Source: Azolla caroliniana
Taxonomy: Eukaryota; Plantae; Polypodiophyta
Length of the DNA: 64,000 nt
Reading direction: 5' to 3'
Assembly: GCA_043228905.1 (NCBI GenBank)
Contig: JBHGNT010000009.1
Location: forward strand, 22,134,001 to 22,198,000
Of the stretch, positions 1 to 13,900 are shown piece by piece (positions within the stretch are counted from its first letter, which is position 1; each line of letters starts with the position of its first letter). Below the pieces are notes generated by a model. It had not been told where the DNA came from, did not search any database, and saw only the letters and a list, made by a program, of their open reading frames with translations. A program made the translations under genes and the position numbers.

Positions 1-63
1 CACTGTATATAACATGGTAGAGGCTCTTCTTCCTTTTTGCTTTGCTCTTTTTCTTTTCACACT

Positions 64-1116
64 ATGGCACCTTCCTTCTTCTCCTGGACCCCTACTTCAT
101 TTGTCTCAAAGATCAAGAACCCATTACTCTATTTCAACAACAACAATCCAATCCCATTGACAGTACCCTCTAATGACACCACAAATGTTGCCATTGATTC
201 ACAAGATCAACATGGTTCCTCCTCACCTCCCAATCCATCGTCGTCGCATCGATCCGTCTCGAGTGGTGGTGCCAGTGGCGGACAATCGTCGGCTTCCGGG
301 GGCCCCGAGAGGCCATCCTCGGGGCCTTCTTCTTCTTCCCCGTCTCGCTCCGGCTCCGGCTCCGGCTCAGGCTCGGCTTCGGTTCCTAGGGTTTCATCCA
401 ACGCGGGCAACTTGTCAGAGGTGGATGGCCTCCGGGTCATTTTCGGGCATTTCGATGAGAACAATGACGGGTACTTGAGCGGGAGCGAGCTACGTACATC
501 GCTACGCATGTTTGGGATCGAGACCGAGGATGATGAGGTAGCGGCCTTGGTCGAGGAGGCGGACACCAACAACAATGGAACCCTAGATTTCGACGAATTC
601 GTGTCTTTCTACTACAATCTCAACCAAGGTATGAGCCTTAGCAAGGTCTCGGGCCCGAGCCCCGATCCCTCGGGTGCCGCCCACGGTGTGGATGTGATCG
701 AGGCGGCCGTCCGATCCACCCGGATCGGAGATGCACTAGGACTTGGGGGAAGCCAGATCTCCACTACGCCCAATCCTATCGGCGAAGAATCCCAAAGGAA
801 ATGCGAGAATGGCACCACGATCGGTGCTAATTCTATCAGATCTCCGAAAGATGAAGAAGAAGAAGAAGAAGAAGAAGGAGGAGGAGGAGAAGGAGGAGGA
901 GAAGAGGACCTCCGCGATGCGTTCAATCTATTCGATAAGAATGGCGATGGCTTCATCTGCGCGGAGGAGCTCCAATCCGTGTTGAATAGCATGGGCCTCA
1001 AGCAAGGGAAATTGCTGATCGATTGCCAGAACATGATTCGAACCTTCGATCTCAATGGCGATGGACAAATTAGCTTCGACGAATTCAAGCAGATGATGCT
1101 CATTGGATTCAATTAA
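64..1116 (+). CDS. Calmodulin-like (CML) EF-hand calcium-binding protein, intronless
   Basis: First ATG at 64 (ORF track starts at an upstream TTG). Four canonical EF-hand loops (DENNDGYLSGSE, DTNNNGTLDFDE, DKNGDGFICAEE, DLNGDGQISFDE), Ser/Pro/Gly-rich N-terminus, long linker with poly-Glu/Gly, TAA at 1114-1116. Confidence 0.93.
   Translation: MAPSFFSWTPTSFVSKIKNPLLYFNNNNPIPLTVPSNDTTNVAIDSQDQHGSSSPPNPSSSHRSVSSGGASGGQSSASGGPERPSSGPSSSSPSRSGSGSGSGSASVPRVSSNAGNLSEVDGLRVIFGHFDENNDGYLSGSELRTSLRMFGIETEDDEVAALVEEADTNNNGTLDFDEFVSFYYNLNQGMSLSKVSGPSPDPSGAAHGVDVIEAAVRSTRIGDALGLGGSQISTTPNPIGEESQRKCENGTTIGANSIRSPKDEEEEEEEEGGGGEGGGEEDLRDAFNLFDKNGDGFICAEELQSVLNSMGLKQGKLLIDCQNMIRTFDLNGDGQISFDEFKQMMLIGFN
853..906 (+). 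repeat. Coding (GAA)n/(GGA)n microsatellite giving poly-Glu/Gly in the CML linker
   Basis: gaagaagaa...gaaggaggaggagga directly visible. Confidence 0.9.
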
Positions 1117-1705
1117 CACAAATCGGCTACTCAATCATTTGAACTTGGAAATTTGGTCTTGTACATAAAGACTATGAATAATATCCCTTAATCATTCTTT
1201 TGCTACTTAATCTTCATTAGGAATCCCTTAATCACTCATTAATCTTGTTCTTTTTCCCACTGTAAAACACCCATCGCTAGATATAACGTTCCCTCTAATT
1301 GGCACCCACCTAATCATAACCTAATCATAACTTAGAATCGATGTATCTTGATTAATCATTTCGGCATTGCCGCACTAATCTTCCTAATTAAGCTTTAATA
1401 TCCAGTTACATTCTCTTCCTCTAATTTCCACCACCTAATCATAACTTAGAATTGATGTATCTAGATTAATCATTTCGGCGTAGCCTCACTAATCTTCCTA
1501 ATTAAGCTTTAACATGTAATCTTCCTAATTAAGCTTTAATAACATCCAATTAATTATTTTGTCTCCTAATTAAGATAATTTTATAAACCTCCAAGTTAAT
1601 GTGTCCCTTGTATTGATGAAGGAATTATGCTTAATCCAGCTAGCTAATAAATCTCCTTTGATACACCCAACACAGACTTGTACTCAACATTCATGTGGAA
1701 AGTTT

Positions 1706-1903
1706 GGATGTTCCGAGGTACTTGGGGCCAAAATCTCCCAACCTTTCTCGTATGGTAATGGCAAAGTGTTTAGGTTAATGCTGGCACTATGTTATGGTCT
1801 CAAAAGATTGGATGTTCCGAGGTACTTGGGACCAAAATCTCCCGACCTTTCATGTATGGTAATGTCAAAGTGTTTTTGTTAATGTTGGCGCTAGGTTATG
1901 GTC
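1706..1903. repeat. ~103-bp tandem duplication
   Basis: tggatgttccgaggtacttgg..aaaatctcc...gtatggtaatg.caaagtgttt...gttatggtc occurs twice in tandem. Confidence 0.8.
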
Positions 1904-4900
1904 CAGAAATGGCCCTTGTACCCCTGACACATCTTCGCTACACTTGACATACATACCACTTCTTCTAAAACTACTTGCCACATTGGTGCATGGAACTAGC
2001 AGGACCTTCGAAGAGTTCCCACACAATTACAATCTCAAAGGATCTCTCCAAAAGAGTTACGACCCAATTACAATCTCAAAGCTCTTTCATCTCGTCTTTC
2101 CTCTCATCATTGGGGGGGGGCGGTCTATGATAATACACCATGTGTGGTCGTGGGGACAAAGGAGAGAAAAGGTCTTCCTACACTGAAAAGACCCGCGATG
2201 CACAAAAAACTTGACTTTTCCTTTTACATATTTTCGGAGTCATGAATACCATGGACCATCAAGGGATATAGTTGTGGCCATTTGACTATAAGAGTTCAAC
2301 AAGCTCGCGGCAAGAGAATGAGAATGGTTGTCAACTACAAAGTTTGCATGTTCCCACCAAGTCTACCGGTGCATGATCGAAAGTGGGTGCCCCAACGATA
2401 GAGATTATCGCTTTCCAAGAGAGAGTTGGTCAAACCCAACGAGTTCCTCTACATGTAAACCTTCTGTTGTATCATACAATTAGAAAACATAAACTTCCTA
2501 TAGCCCCCCCTAGTGCACGAATGAAAATGCAACATTTTCTCTTCAACATGTGATATCATCCCCGTAGTACTCTCATGTATTTTTGTATTTCCATGGAAGA
2601 AACATGCATAGTGTTATGGTTACCGTATCTTTGCAAGCGTATAATTTATTATCCCCTCTGTAAACATGTTATTGTTAATCTACACCCCAAATCTCAAGTG
2701 TAATCATCTTAAACCTGTCATAACTTATATGCACTTAAGGCATTGATTTGGAGATCATCCCAGTTGGATTATCCTAGTAACAAATTGTGTATTACTTGTG
2801 AAATAATGTGGATAGTACACAATTGTCATCCATTTCGGTCATTCATTACATGACGAAACGTAAAGCAAGTTCACCACACGTAACCACTGCTTCCCATTGT
2901 ACATCAATAGTAGAAATAGACATGTCATAAATGGTATGAAACCATAGTATTTAATGAATTATTGGAGTGACAAAGAGTTTTCAAATGTGAAATAGTGGCT
3001 AATAACTTAAAACGCTGCAGATTTATTTTCGATATAAAGAGCCATTGGTTGTAGCTACTACCTTTCACATCTTGTTTCCTATAAAAAATAGTGGGTATAA
3101 TTAACCCCAACATATTGAAGTTAGAGAAGTGGACATACTTTATGGTAAAAATGGAAGGACGAAATTTTATTTAGTAAAGATTTTAAATTCTTTCCTTCAG
3201 CCATAATATGTATGGAGCATAAATCATTTTAGCACAAACTATTGACAAGTTGATGTTATTCTAAATTTTAATGACAATATTGCCACTTTCCAAGATTATA
3301 CATTTACCATTATGTTATATCATGTTGCTTAAATACAAAAGGTCATAATAATAACCATACCCTTTATGTTCACGAAAGTTCGTGATGGCTAAAAAAGGAA
3401 ATTTAGTGATGTTCTGAAATTAGTGGCAATTTCCTTCCAAAGAGAAGTTTGTAATGTTAATATACATCGAAAAAAATCGCCATGCTCCAGTGATGTCCTC
3501 GTGAAGAGAAGTTTGCTTGGCATTATCTTTCAAATGATGTTTATTGTATGCATTTTTTAAATCTAAGAAAGCCGCCAAACCCTTGGCTCTTCAATATCCC
3601 TAAAATGTGTCTCCCCAAACACAAACAAACTCTTTTTCAAAACCACGTAAGTTGCTTCTTAACTAAAATGTAAGGAAAGGAGCGATGTCATTTAGTTTGT
3701 CAATGCAAGGTTCTCATGTACAACCAAACACAAAACAAGCTATTTCTCAAAATGGGCATAACAAAAAGAAGTTATTTCCATGACCTTGAAATCAAAAGAA
3801 AAGTGCATAAAATCTTTTGTAGGTTTAGAGGGACGCCATCACCTTCAACCATGCAATGCCCCCATGTTCACCTAAACTCAACAAAGAAGCCACGTTTCAT
3901 TTGTTTCTTGTGATTACTTTTTATAGGGAGATATGGTTTCATGAATAAACTTATTTTCGTAACTAAATGTTGAAAGCTATTGGGGCCATCCCAAGGAACA
4001 CTCACACAAGTATGATATACTAACCATATCCAATATAACATGGAGTGTCGCGATGCAACACTATTGGTAGCTAGGTTACGTCAAAATGTTGATCATGAAT
4101 ATGATGTTATCATTTCCAATTGCATTAAGAAAGCCTTACATCTTCAAATAGTTTCAATTGTATATAGTATATTGTTCTATGCTTATGAGTGACAAAGTGG
4201 CCTAATGATATTAGTCAAAGACAAGTGCATGGCATCTTTGGGTTGTTGACTTTGCCGTCCACAAACGACCTTCAATTTCTAGAATATTATTATCGTACCA
4301 AGATATAGAAAACGAGAAATGATTGATTGTAACTACGTTGAATAGTAAAGCAAGAATTTCCGAATACCTCACTCACGAAAAGATCTTTGAATTTTTTTTA
4401 CTTTTCTCTTAGAACATTCTACAAAGCGATAAAACAACATCCCACTACATTTTATTCCATAGCTCCACCTATTTATCATGAAATTATCTTCAATTTTCCT
4501 ATTGCTCAAACAAACTATCCATGAATACCATAGTTGACTTTAAGGCACTTAGGATCCAATTTCAAGTAGAGGGCATTCAATAAAGCTAAGCTATTGTTAG
4601 TGCTTCATGATCCAATAAAGAACTAGTAATGAATGAGCTCAACTAGGTATTTACTGTTGAATAATGAAAGCAAATATTGTATATAGGGATCCAATATTTT
4701 GTCAATTCGATATGTTTTGATTCATTCACATGGGATTGCTGTTTAGAGCTTTTCGTTAGTGTGTGCATTTATTTGTTCATTGCTTTACACATCGCGTAAC
4801 CGCATTACCATCATTTATAGTCAATTGGTTTTCTCGTCATTAAACGTTTTCTGCACTATCAACGTAATGACACCAACAACAACAACCGTTCACATGTCAT

Positions 4901-7900
4901 TGACATCATCGTCTTTATTAGTTTATTTCTTTTGAGGTGTGAGTAACGTGGACAACACTTTGGGTCCACCCTAAAACCTCTTTCTCCAACCAATTAAATT
5001 ATGGTCACTTCGAGATCTTTCACTTTTATTTATCTTAAAAGAAAATACGAACAACTTTTATTGATCCGTATAAGCTTCAACACAATTGTATCTTATGTCG
5101 AACAAACTCTCTCATTTAGAGAAGAACAAGGACTACTTTAGAGTGGAGGTTTAATGTGTTTTTTTTGCTATTGAAAACTCAACATACCTCTCATTTCATG
5201 TGAGATGTCTTTTTAAATATCTTTTTTCCTCTCATGCTTAGGAATATCCATGTTGGCTAATATTTCTACTGTCTTTTTCTTCCTAAAAGCAATGTATACA
5301 TTAAAACAACACGGCAATACAAAAAACCCTTACCATCCTTAATACAATAGCAAGGATCTTATGGCGACATAAACCCTTTAAATGTTGTATTAATAGTTGC
5401 ATAAAGGCACTTCCTCTCAAGAGAAGGTGCCCACGAAGCTGCTTGTAAAAATTGCCAAAACCAATTTCCTTCCAACCTTGGCATCTAAGGAATCCGTGGA
5501 TGATCTCTCTCTCTCTCTCTCTCATGTATGTTTTTTTATTTTTTATTTTCAATGATTGGGTACATATCCCATTTTATTGTAATCAATTATCTCGTGGGGC
5601 AAATTTGGTCTTAGAAGACATTAATATTTCTTTCTTTCTTTCTTTCTATGTTAGTAAATTCCCTTTCTCCCAAGTTCCATCTTAGATGCTTTAGTTAAAA
5701 GGCAATGCGATGATGAAGTCAATAGAACCAACAAAACAATCCATTGATGTACATTTGCATTAGACATGTCTGTCATAGGAGTTTTTCTAAATAATCTCTA
5801 CACACACGTATGCATACATATATACATTAGAGAGTTGAAATTACATATACATACCCATATTCACACCCCTATATGGGGTTGGAGTCACTCCTATTGAACA
5901 TTTATTGGCCTTATGGTAGAACCTGCAAAAAGAACTTTTGATGACTCCACATCGTGTTCTCTTAGAAGTGTTAAGAACTCTTTTGTATTTTCCCTACACA
6001 CGGTAAATAGATATGGATCTATAGAAAGTGAAAAAAAAATATAGATATACATTTATATGATGGTGGATAATGGATTTGCTTATATTAAATCGACAATGAA
6101 GGGTTATAAGACTTTCTTACTTGAGGAGGTGAGTTTTTTTACATAGTTGTGAGCCGTTCTATGACTCATGAATACATGACCATTGATGATCCATCCATTA
6201 TTCATCTGAGGGCCATTCAAGACCTATTCATGACACATCCATGACTATCTAATAATAAGTGTGACATTGTTGACACATTCATGGCGTACCATGAACATTT
6301 GTACCCTTGCATTCCATGTATTCTTTGGTACCATTAAGTATAGCATTTGAGTATATAATCAATGATGTCATTCATAAAAGATTTGGTAGAGTTTTTTATT
6401 GATATTGAGACACAAGTGATATATTGAAAAAAACAGATTCCATAATTGTTAGATTACCACATGGTGTCAAATGGAAATACAAGAACAAAAGTTTATTATT
6501 TTCATATCAAACTAGCATCAAGCAACATGAAAATAAACTCTTGCATTTAGTGACCCTTGGTTAATCACTTATTGAGCACTTGTATGAGGCATTTGAGTAA
6601 TTATGTGATCAACTCATTACTTTGTTCTAAATGATACATGATATTTTAGTCTTCATAGAATCTAACAATACATATTTCTCTTGTTTGGGGGAACTAATGA
6701 AAAGTTAAGACCAAGTTATTTCAACTTCCCAAATATAAAATTTCTAAGTGGAGTTCGCATATATAATTATGGATTAAATGAATAATTAAATTTCAGTTGG
6801 TTTCACTATTGCCAACTACAATATGATAATTTTGTGTTTTCTATGGATGTTTTAATGCCCCTTCCATTAATGGCGTGATATGGAGCTCTATGCATGGCAT
6901 CCACGTCTTAGATTTTGGTCTTTGCCTTAGTGATAGTAAAAAAAGATGGGGAATAGCAAGCTCGTTGAGTTAGTAAGTAAAACCCCATAAGTGTCCTATT
7001 GCTTTTTGTTGGCAATTTCTTTCTTATTTCTTGTGCACATAGAGTTGATATGCGTTCTCACTCCTTTGCCTCTTGCAAACCCCTTATAGATGTACCGTGC
7101 CTTCTTCCTTGCTACTCTTTGTTTCTATTGCTTGACTATTTAAAACTAGTATGATCTTTGTTTTGTTTCAACCATGATAATTATACAGCTTGCAGGACTT
7201 GATTCAAGTAGTTGAAATGCCACCCAGCCTTATTGAAGATATCAATGACAAGAACACTTTGTGGCTGACATAGATTGCATCATCATTGCATACCTAAATT
7301 GTTATAAGTGTAAACTTACAGACCAATTCTATAACTATTGAATGGATTAAGGGCGCTTAAGCTACTTGACATCCCTCGAGAAAAAAACTCGAGATAAACA
7401 TAAAATACCATCATTCTCCCAAACACCTAAATATTACCTCATGTTATGCCTTCATAGTTAAACTCAAAGAAGAGAGGTCAGCCTCAACAATAGAATCTTG
7501 ACAATATCTCAAGATGTTATATGAAGGAGAGTCTTGTTAAGAGTCTATACTAATCAATAGACCAAAATAAAGTAAAATAAGGTAAATATATTGGATAGAA
7601 GAACCCGTTCCACCCGACCACCCCCAAGCTATGATCAAGACATAGCTAACTTACCACCAACGTCCCATACTACCGGATATTAGGATGACTAATACCTTGG
7701 AAGAGATTAACACGATCGTCGTGTCTAAGACAACAACATTTTGATGTAATGTGCATATGAGGGCAGCTAAGCTTCATATTTATACCTCTTCCTAGGCCCC
7801 TTGAATAGATGTGTCTTTCTAAAAGACTCTCCATTCATTGGTTGTCCAAGTCAAGATAGTGCATGCACCTATCATTCCTTCTATCCAATCACATTAGTCC

Positions 7901-8273
7901 CTTTTTGACATTAGTGAACATACCCTTCACTTATGTACATATTAATGACCTACCCTCACCTATGTTATGTGTACATAACATACTCCCCTACTTCAAAAGA
8001 TTGCACTCTTGTAATATAAAGTGAGGAAATTGTGCCTTAAGAGTATGCTCGCATTCCCATGTGGCATCATCAATAGGTTTATCCATCCATTTGAACTTGA
8101 ATAGCCGAATCTCTTTAGAATGTAAAAGTTTAGTAGAAGAATCAAGAAAGTTTTTCAGGAACATGAGGTTTGTAAACAAAATCCTCTAATATTACAAGAT
8201 CTTGGACTGCAATGGTGTTATCACCAAAGCCTACCAAAGCCTAAAAATGTTTTTAGCCGACTGAAGTGAAAAA

Positions 8274-10916
8274 TGTTGTATGTTTTAAGGTTAGGGTTAA
8301 TGGTAATGATGATTATCGATGATGAAGATATACATGGTGTAATAATGAAGATGGAGAGTATGATGGTGAGAGATATCATGAAGAGGTTGAGAATCATTAA
8401 GAAGCATTGCGGGGTGGGGGGTGGTGCCTAAAATGGCTCCACCCCCCTCCCAAGGGGGTTCAATGGTAAGAGAGAGATGACAAGAGGGAGAGAGAGATTA
8501 AGAGAGAAAATGATTATTCATGTTTCATTCATTCCCCATAAGGGGTTAAATAGTACAAGAGGGGGTAGATACATAGGGGCTTAAGCCCCCTCGAGCATTC
8601 ATACTGGACACTCACTCACACCTCCTCGTATCCATCCACATGCACACACGTGTGCATGTGTTCACATACATATAGACTCACAATTACATTTATGCCCCCT
8701 ACACATACAAAACAACATCATGATAACATTCAACCCTCGCTCATCACACTTGACTCTCCGTACATCTCGTACGGGGTAACACAATATGGCACGCTCGTGG
8801 GAGAGTGCCTTGCACGTCGATCCCACATGCCTTGATGATGATATTTCTTCGATTGGAACTTCCATCGGTCCTTTCAACGATCAACTCCCTCGATCAGAGT
8901 GCTTGACTTGAACATCTTTGTCGGTCAGCAAATCTTCCGCAACATGAACATTCTCGTTCTGTCGGCTTACGAATTTCGTCATGGGTCCAAAATCATGTCG
9001 TGTGTATGTATGTTCTTCCTTTGTTTTGAGTTGTGTGTGGTCGATCACGTCCATTTCTTTAGGTGGATGAGTTTTCGAAATTTCGTAGGTACCCTTTGGT
9101 TTTTAACATTTTAATTATGTACCCTCGAGGTTTTACAATTTCATTCAGTACCCTCAAGATTTCAATATTTGTTACGTGCCCTTTTTGTTTTTCCTCTTTT
9201 TCCCTCTCTTTTCAATTTTATTTTAGGGTTCTTTTTCTTTTTCTTCTTCCTTTGGTTCTTTTCCAAAAATTTTCGTTTTCTGCATTTCTCGTTTCTTTCC
9301 ATTTTCTGGTCTATTCCTTGTCTTCTATACTCTGCACTTTCTTCCCTGTGTGTTCTATTTCCTTCTTCTGTGTCATTTCATGCCGTTTCTTCGTCGGTTA
9401 TCCGATCGCCACTGATCTGGCCGCTATTCGGCCACTGCCACTATTGGGCTATTGTGAGGCTGACGCCACTGTCTTTGTCATGGCCATCCGGTTGCCGCCA
9501 CTGCTTGTCGTTCGGCCACTGCTCCGGTCATTGGTTGTCTGGCCACCACAAGCCGGTGATCGTCCCGGCTTCATCATCATTCCGGCCATCGTCGCCTTTG
9601 TCCGGCGCTATCCGGTGCCTGTTCATAGGTTGTCGTCTCTGACTCCAGCACTTTTTGTTGTCCACGTCTGGTTGTGTTTGACTATTTTATTGGCTACCCA
9701 TTGTTCGACCCATCTGGCCATCGGTTCCACTCGTTGTCATGTGTCTGTTCGTCCCTTCGTTTCAGCGTCATCTCTGATCCGACCGTAGATTGTTCAGCCA
9801 TCGCCATCGCACCGGCCGGTGTTCAGCCATCCTTTTGCCTTTCCGGCCTTTCCGGCTCTTCTGGTTGGTCCTTCGGTTGCTTCCGGCCATCTCCGTAGGT
9901 CTCTCTCTCTTCATTTGCCCTTGTCCAGCGGTCTCTTTCCACTGTTTGACCCTCGGTTTGGCCGCCGCTTGTCGGCCTCTCCGGCCTTTTCCGTCTATGC
10001 CTCGGCCGCTGTCAAGGTACCACTCCTGCCGGTCTTCGCTCCACACACTGCGACTTTCTCCGCAGTCTCTTGGTGGGCTTCTCTTTTCGGTCGTGCTAGC
10101 ACCGGTTCCCTCTGCGTTGCTGTTTGTCCAGCCGTGCATCTTGCACCACGCTTTTGAGAACATGCACATTGTCGCTAACCGCGTTCGAAAACACGCACAT
10201 GGACACTAATCGCAACCTCGCACAAACATTGTTTCCATTCATGCATTCCTCCATAGACTTCCTTCAATATCTTCACCGTCATTTTCGCATTTCGCCATTT
10301 CTTGCACTTAGTCGCTATGGTTTGCACATCCGCGTATCATTCTTTGACTCCGTCTCCAAAGGGGGGTCGCCTTAGTGGTCGCCAAAAGGTGTTGTATGTT
10401 TTAAGGTTAGTGTTAATGGTAATGATGATTATCGATGACGAAGATATACATGGTGTAATAATGAAGATGGAGAGTATGATGGTGAGAGAGATCATGAAGA
10501 GGTTGAGAATCATTGAGAAGCATTGCGGGGTGGGGGGCGGTGCCTAGAATGGCTCCAGCCCTCTCCCAAGGGGGTTCAACGTTAAGGGGAGAGAGAGAGA
10601 GAGAGAGAGAGATGACAAGGGAGAGAGAGAGATTAAGAGAGAAAATGATTATTCATGTTTCATTCATTCCCCATAAGGGGTTAAATAGTACAAGAGGGGG
10701 TAGATACATAGGGGTGTAAGCCCCCTCGAGCATTCATACTGGACACTCACTCACACCTCCTCGTATCCATCCACATGCACACACGTGTGCATGTGTTCAC
10801 ATACGTATAGACTCACAATTACATTTATGCCCCCTACACATACACAACAACATCATGATAACATTCGACCCTCGCTCATCACACTTGACTCTCCGTACAT
10901 CTCGTACGGGGTAACA
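8274..10916. mobile_element. Non-autonomous LTR retrotransposon (non-coding, LARD/TRIM-like) inserted in the chromovirus
   Basis: Highly similar LTRs TGTTGTATG...GGGGTAACA at 8274-8781 and 10390-10916; TSD AAAAA; ~1.6-kb strand-biased interior without a recognisable gag/pol ORF; tRNA-Arg-like motifs next to both LTRs, so orientation is ambiguous. Confidence 0.9.
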
Positions 10917-13900
10917 AAAAACATAATGAATACCAACGTTACGAAGTAATGCAAGGTGATAAAAAAATGATCCAACTTGTTTAAGGATTTCAAATGGGCC
11001 ACAATATTGTGGAGCTAACTTAGCGCACTTGCCCATAGACAATGACGTAGAGTCAATAGGGACATGCAAAAAAACTTTTGGACCAATAGTAAACGCACGA
11101 GGAGATCTATCCTGATCAATATAAAATCAAGCATGATCTTGAGTTGTCTGAACATTTCCTTTGGCAATATGCAACATTTGGTTCATGTCTTCTGAAAATT
11201 TGTGTGTACTGTCTAATTTCTCGTGATGAATCGTGACATCTACTGGGGCATGTGGTTGAAAACTATACATCAACATAAATGGACTATATCCAGTGGATGT
11301 ATTTTTTGAGCTATTTGTTGGGAACTGAGGCCGTTAGTGTGGAAACATAAACAACACCTTGTGATGAAGATCACCGAGTGTACAAGATGGAAGCAAGATT
11401 GAAGAACATATTGAGAGAGAGAGGGTTAGAGGCACACAATATGTAACTGTATTATTCAAGCTCAAAGTTACAAATGAATGGAGGAAATAACCAAGATGTA
11501 GAACAACAACAACAACAAACTAGGTTACAAAGCCCCTTACATACTAACTGGGCTAGGGCAACTGCCCTTTGACCTATTTACAGAATTGTCCTAAATCTAG
11601 TTTTTGCAAGGGACAATGTGAATACGACCATTATAGACCAGTATTCGACACTCCCCCATAACGGGCATATACAACGAAAATTTGTAATATAGAAAACAAG
11701 CTCGTCGAACAAATCAGATTTCTGTTCCAATCGGTAAACTCCGAAAAGAAAATGACTAAATTTGCCGAGGTCAAAGGGACTGAGACCAAACCTTGAACTG
11801 TTGATGATGATGGTTCGAAACCATCCTAAGTGTCTGACTCAATCAGGCTGATTCTGCATTATGCCCATTTAGTGTCAAAGGGATCTTAATCGATCCGCCG
11901 AAGGACACTTGGTCATCCCATCTCCAACATTATATGTTGTAGGTATCTTCTCGAGGCCGATTTTCCCTAAAATGACACAGTCCCAAACAAAGTGATATTG
12001 AACATCGATATGCTTGGAGCCGTTGTGATGAACCCTAGCTGTCGTTGTAGACAACTGGAGCCGAGTCAAAGTTGACTTGTCAAAACATATGCGCCAACCG
12101 ACCGAGCCATAACGCCTCTTTCGCCGCATTGGATGCGACTACGTATTCGTCCTCGGTTGTTGATGTGGCAGTGCACTCCTAAAGTTTTGATTTCCATGAA
12201 ATCGCTCCATTGCCGAATTTGAAACAATATCCGGTTGTTGATTTTCAATTGTCCATACAACCGGCAAAGTCCGAGAGTCGGTGTATTTGACTACGCCTAA
12301 AGTGTCATTCGGGCCGAATAGGATGCCATAGTCTTTAGTGCCCACTAGATATCTAAACACATGCTTTACTATGCTCCAAGTGATCGACCAGGGTTGTGCA
12401 TGAATATGCTAACAACTCCTACGGAGTGAGCAATGTCAAGCCGTATCGCGTACATTAGGGAGCCGACTGTCGATGCATACGGTATCGACTTCATATCTTC
12501 CCCCTTTTGGACTAGATGTCGAGCAGTCTCAACGGACTTCATATCTTCCCCCTCCGGACCGAATGTCGGGCAATCTCGTTGAGACAACCGAAGATTAATG
12601 GGGAGCGGGGTCAAAGCTAGTTTGGTCGATTGCATGTTGAAGCGCTCCAGGACACGTTGGATGTAGTCATCTTGGGACAAGAACAATTGTCGCTAATTTT
12701 AGAGCCGGCTTATCTTCATTTTGAGAATGTATCGAATGAGACCTAGGTCCTTCATTGCGAACTTCAACCGCAGTTACCGAACGAGTTCGGCGAGTTCTTC
12801 GACATGTTGACCGAAGAGGAGCACGTTGACCACATAGATGATGAGGAAGATAGGAGACCCATCTTGAGATGTTTTGGTGAAGAGACAATGGTCATCATCG
12901 CTCTTTTAGAAGCTGATTGATTGGATGAAGTCATCGAACTTCTTGTACCACTGTCTCAGTGCTTGTTTAAGGCCGTATAGACTTTTCCTGAGTCGGCAAA
13001 GTAGATGTTCTTGGCAAGATGCCACAAAGCCTTTCGACTGCTCCATATAAAGTTCCTCCTCTAAATCACCGTGGAGGAATGTCGTTTTTACATTTAGTTG
13101 AATTAGCTCCAAATCTTCAGTTGCCAGTACGCCGAGCATAAATCGAAGGGTCGTCATTTTCACTACAGGTGAAAAGATCTCGTCGAAGTCGACACCATAT
13201 TCCTGTTGGAAACCCTTTTTCTACTAGTCTGGCCTTGAATTTTGGGGTAGCTAAATCAAATGTCTCTTTTAATCTGTAGACCCACATGAACGGAAGAGCA
13301 CATCGATTCGCCCGAATGGAATTCATTTCCGACTCCATTTCCATATGCCATGTGGCCGAATTCACTAATGTCGATGGTTCTTCATATACGTCGGTTCTCC
13401 GGCATCCGTGAAGAAGACTCCAGGAGAGTAACTCTCTGGGGGTTGCAATAGTCTCCTGAATCTTCGAGGTATGACTAGACTAGTCCCATCGGGTGTCGTA
13501 GTTGGATGGTCCAAAGCCGAATTGTTCAGTTGTGTCGAGTCGGTACTAGAGGAATTGACTACCTATAAAACAAACCTTGTATTATGAGATGGGCCTTCGT
13601 GAAGGGTCGGCACATCAAAAAAAGTTACTCTTCAGACTTCAATAGGCCATTCGGTTGTCTTATGCATAACCGACTCATTGAACACTACGTTTGAACTTCG
13701 GATGATCTGTCTATGCTTGGGGTCCCAGAGTTGGTATCCGAAATCGTCGTCTAGTTCATAACCAAGGAAAGGACATTTCCTGGACCTCGGTTTTAGTTTG
13801 CGGTGGTCGTCTTTTGATATGAGGGCATATGTCGCGCATCCGAAAATCCTCACCTTATCGTAATTCGGCCTCCTACCGGTCCATAATTCCTGAGGTACTT

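Noticed and set aside
173-1134. Alternative-frame and antisense ORFs over the CML gene
   Set aside because: Shadows of a GC-rich coding region
2200-4900. Possible DNA-transposase relic
   Set aside because: Coding-like texture but no motif, TIR or TSD I can support
9063-10209. 241-aa and other hydrophobic ORFs inside the non-coding LTR element (env-like?)
   Set aside because: Arise from T/C-rich low complexity in overlapping frames with GTG/TTG starts; no real domain
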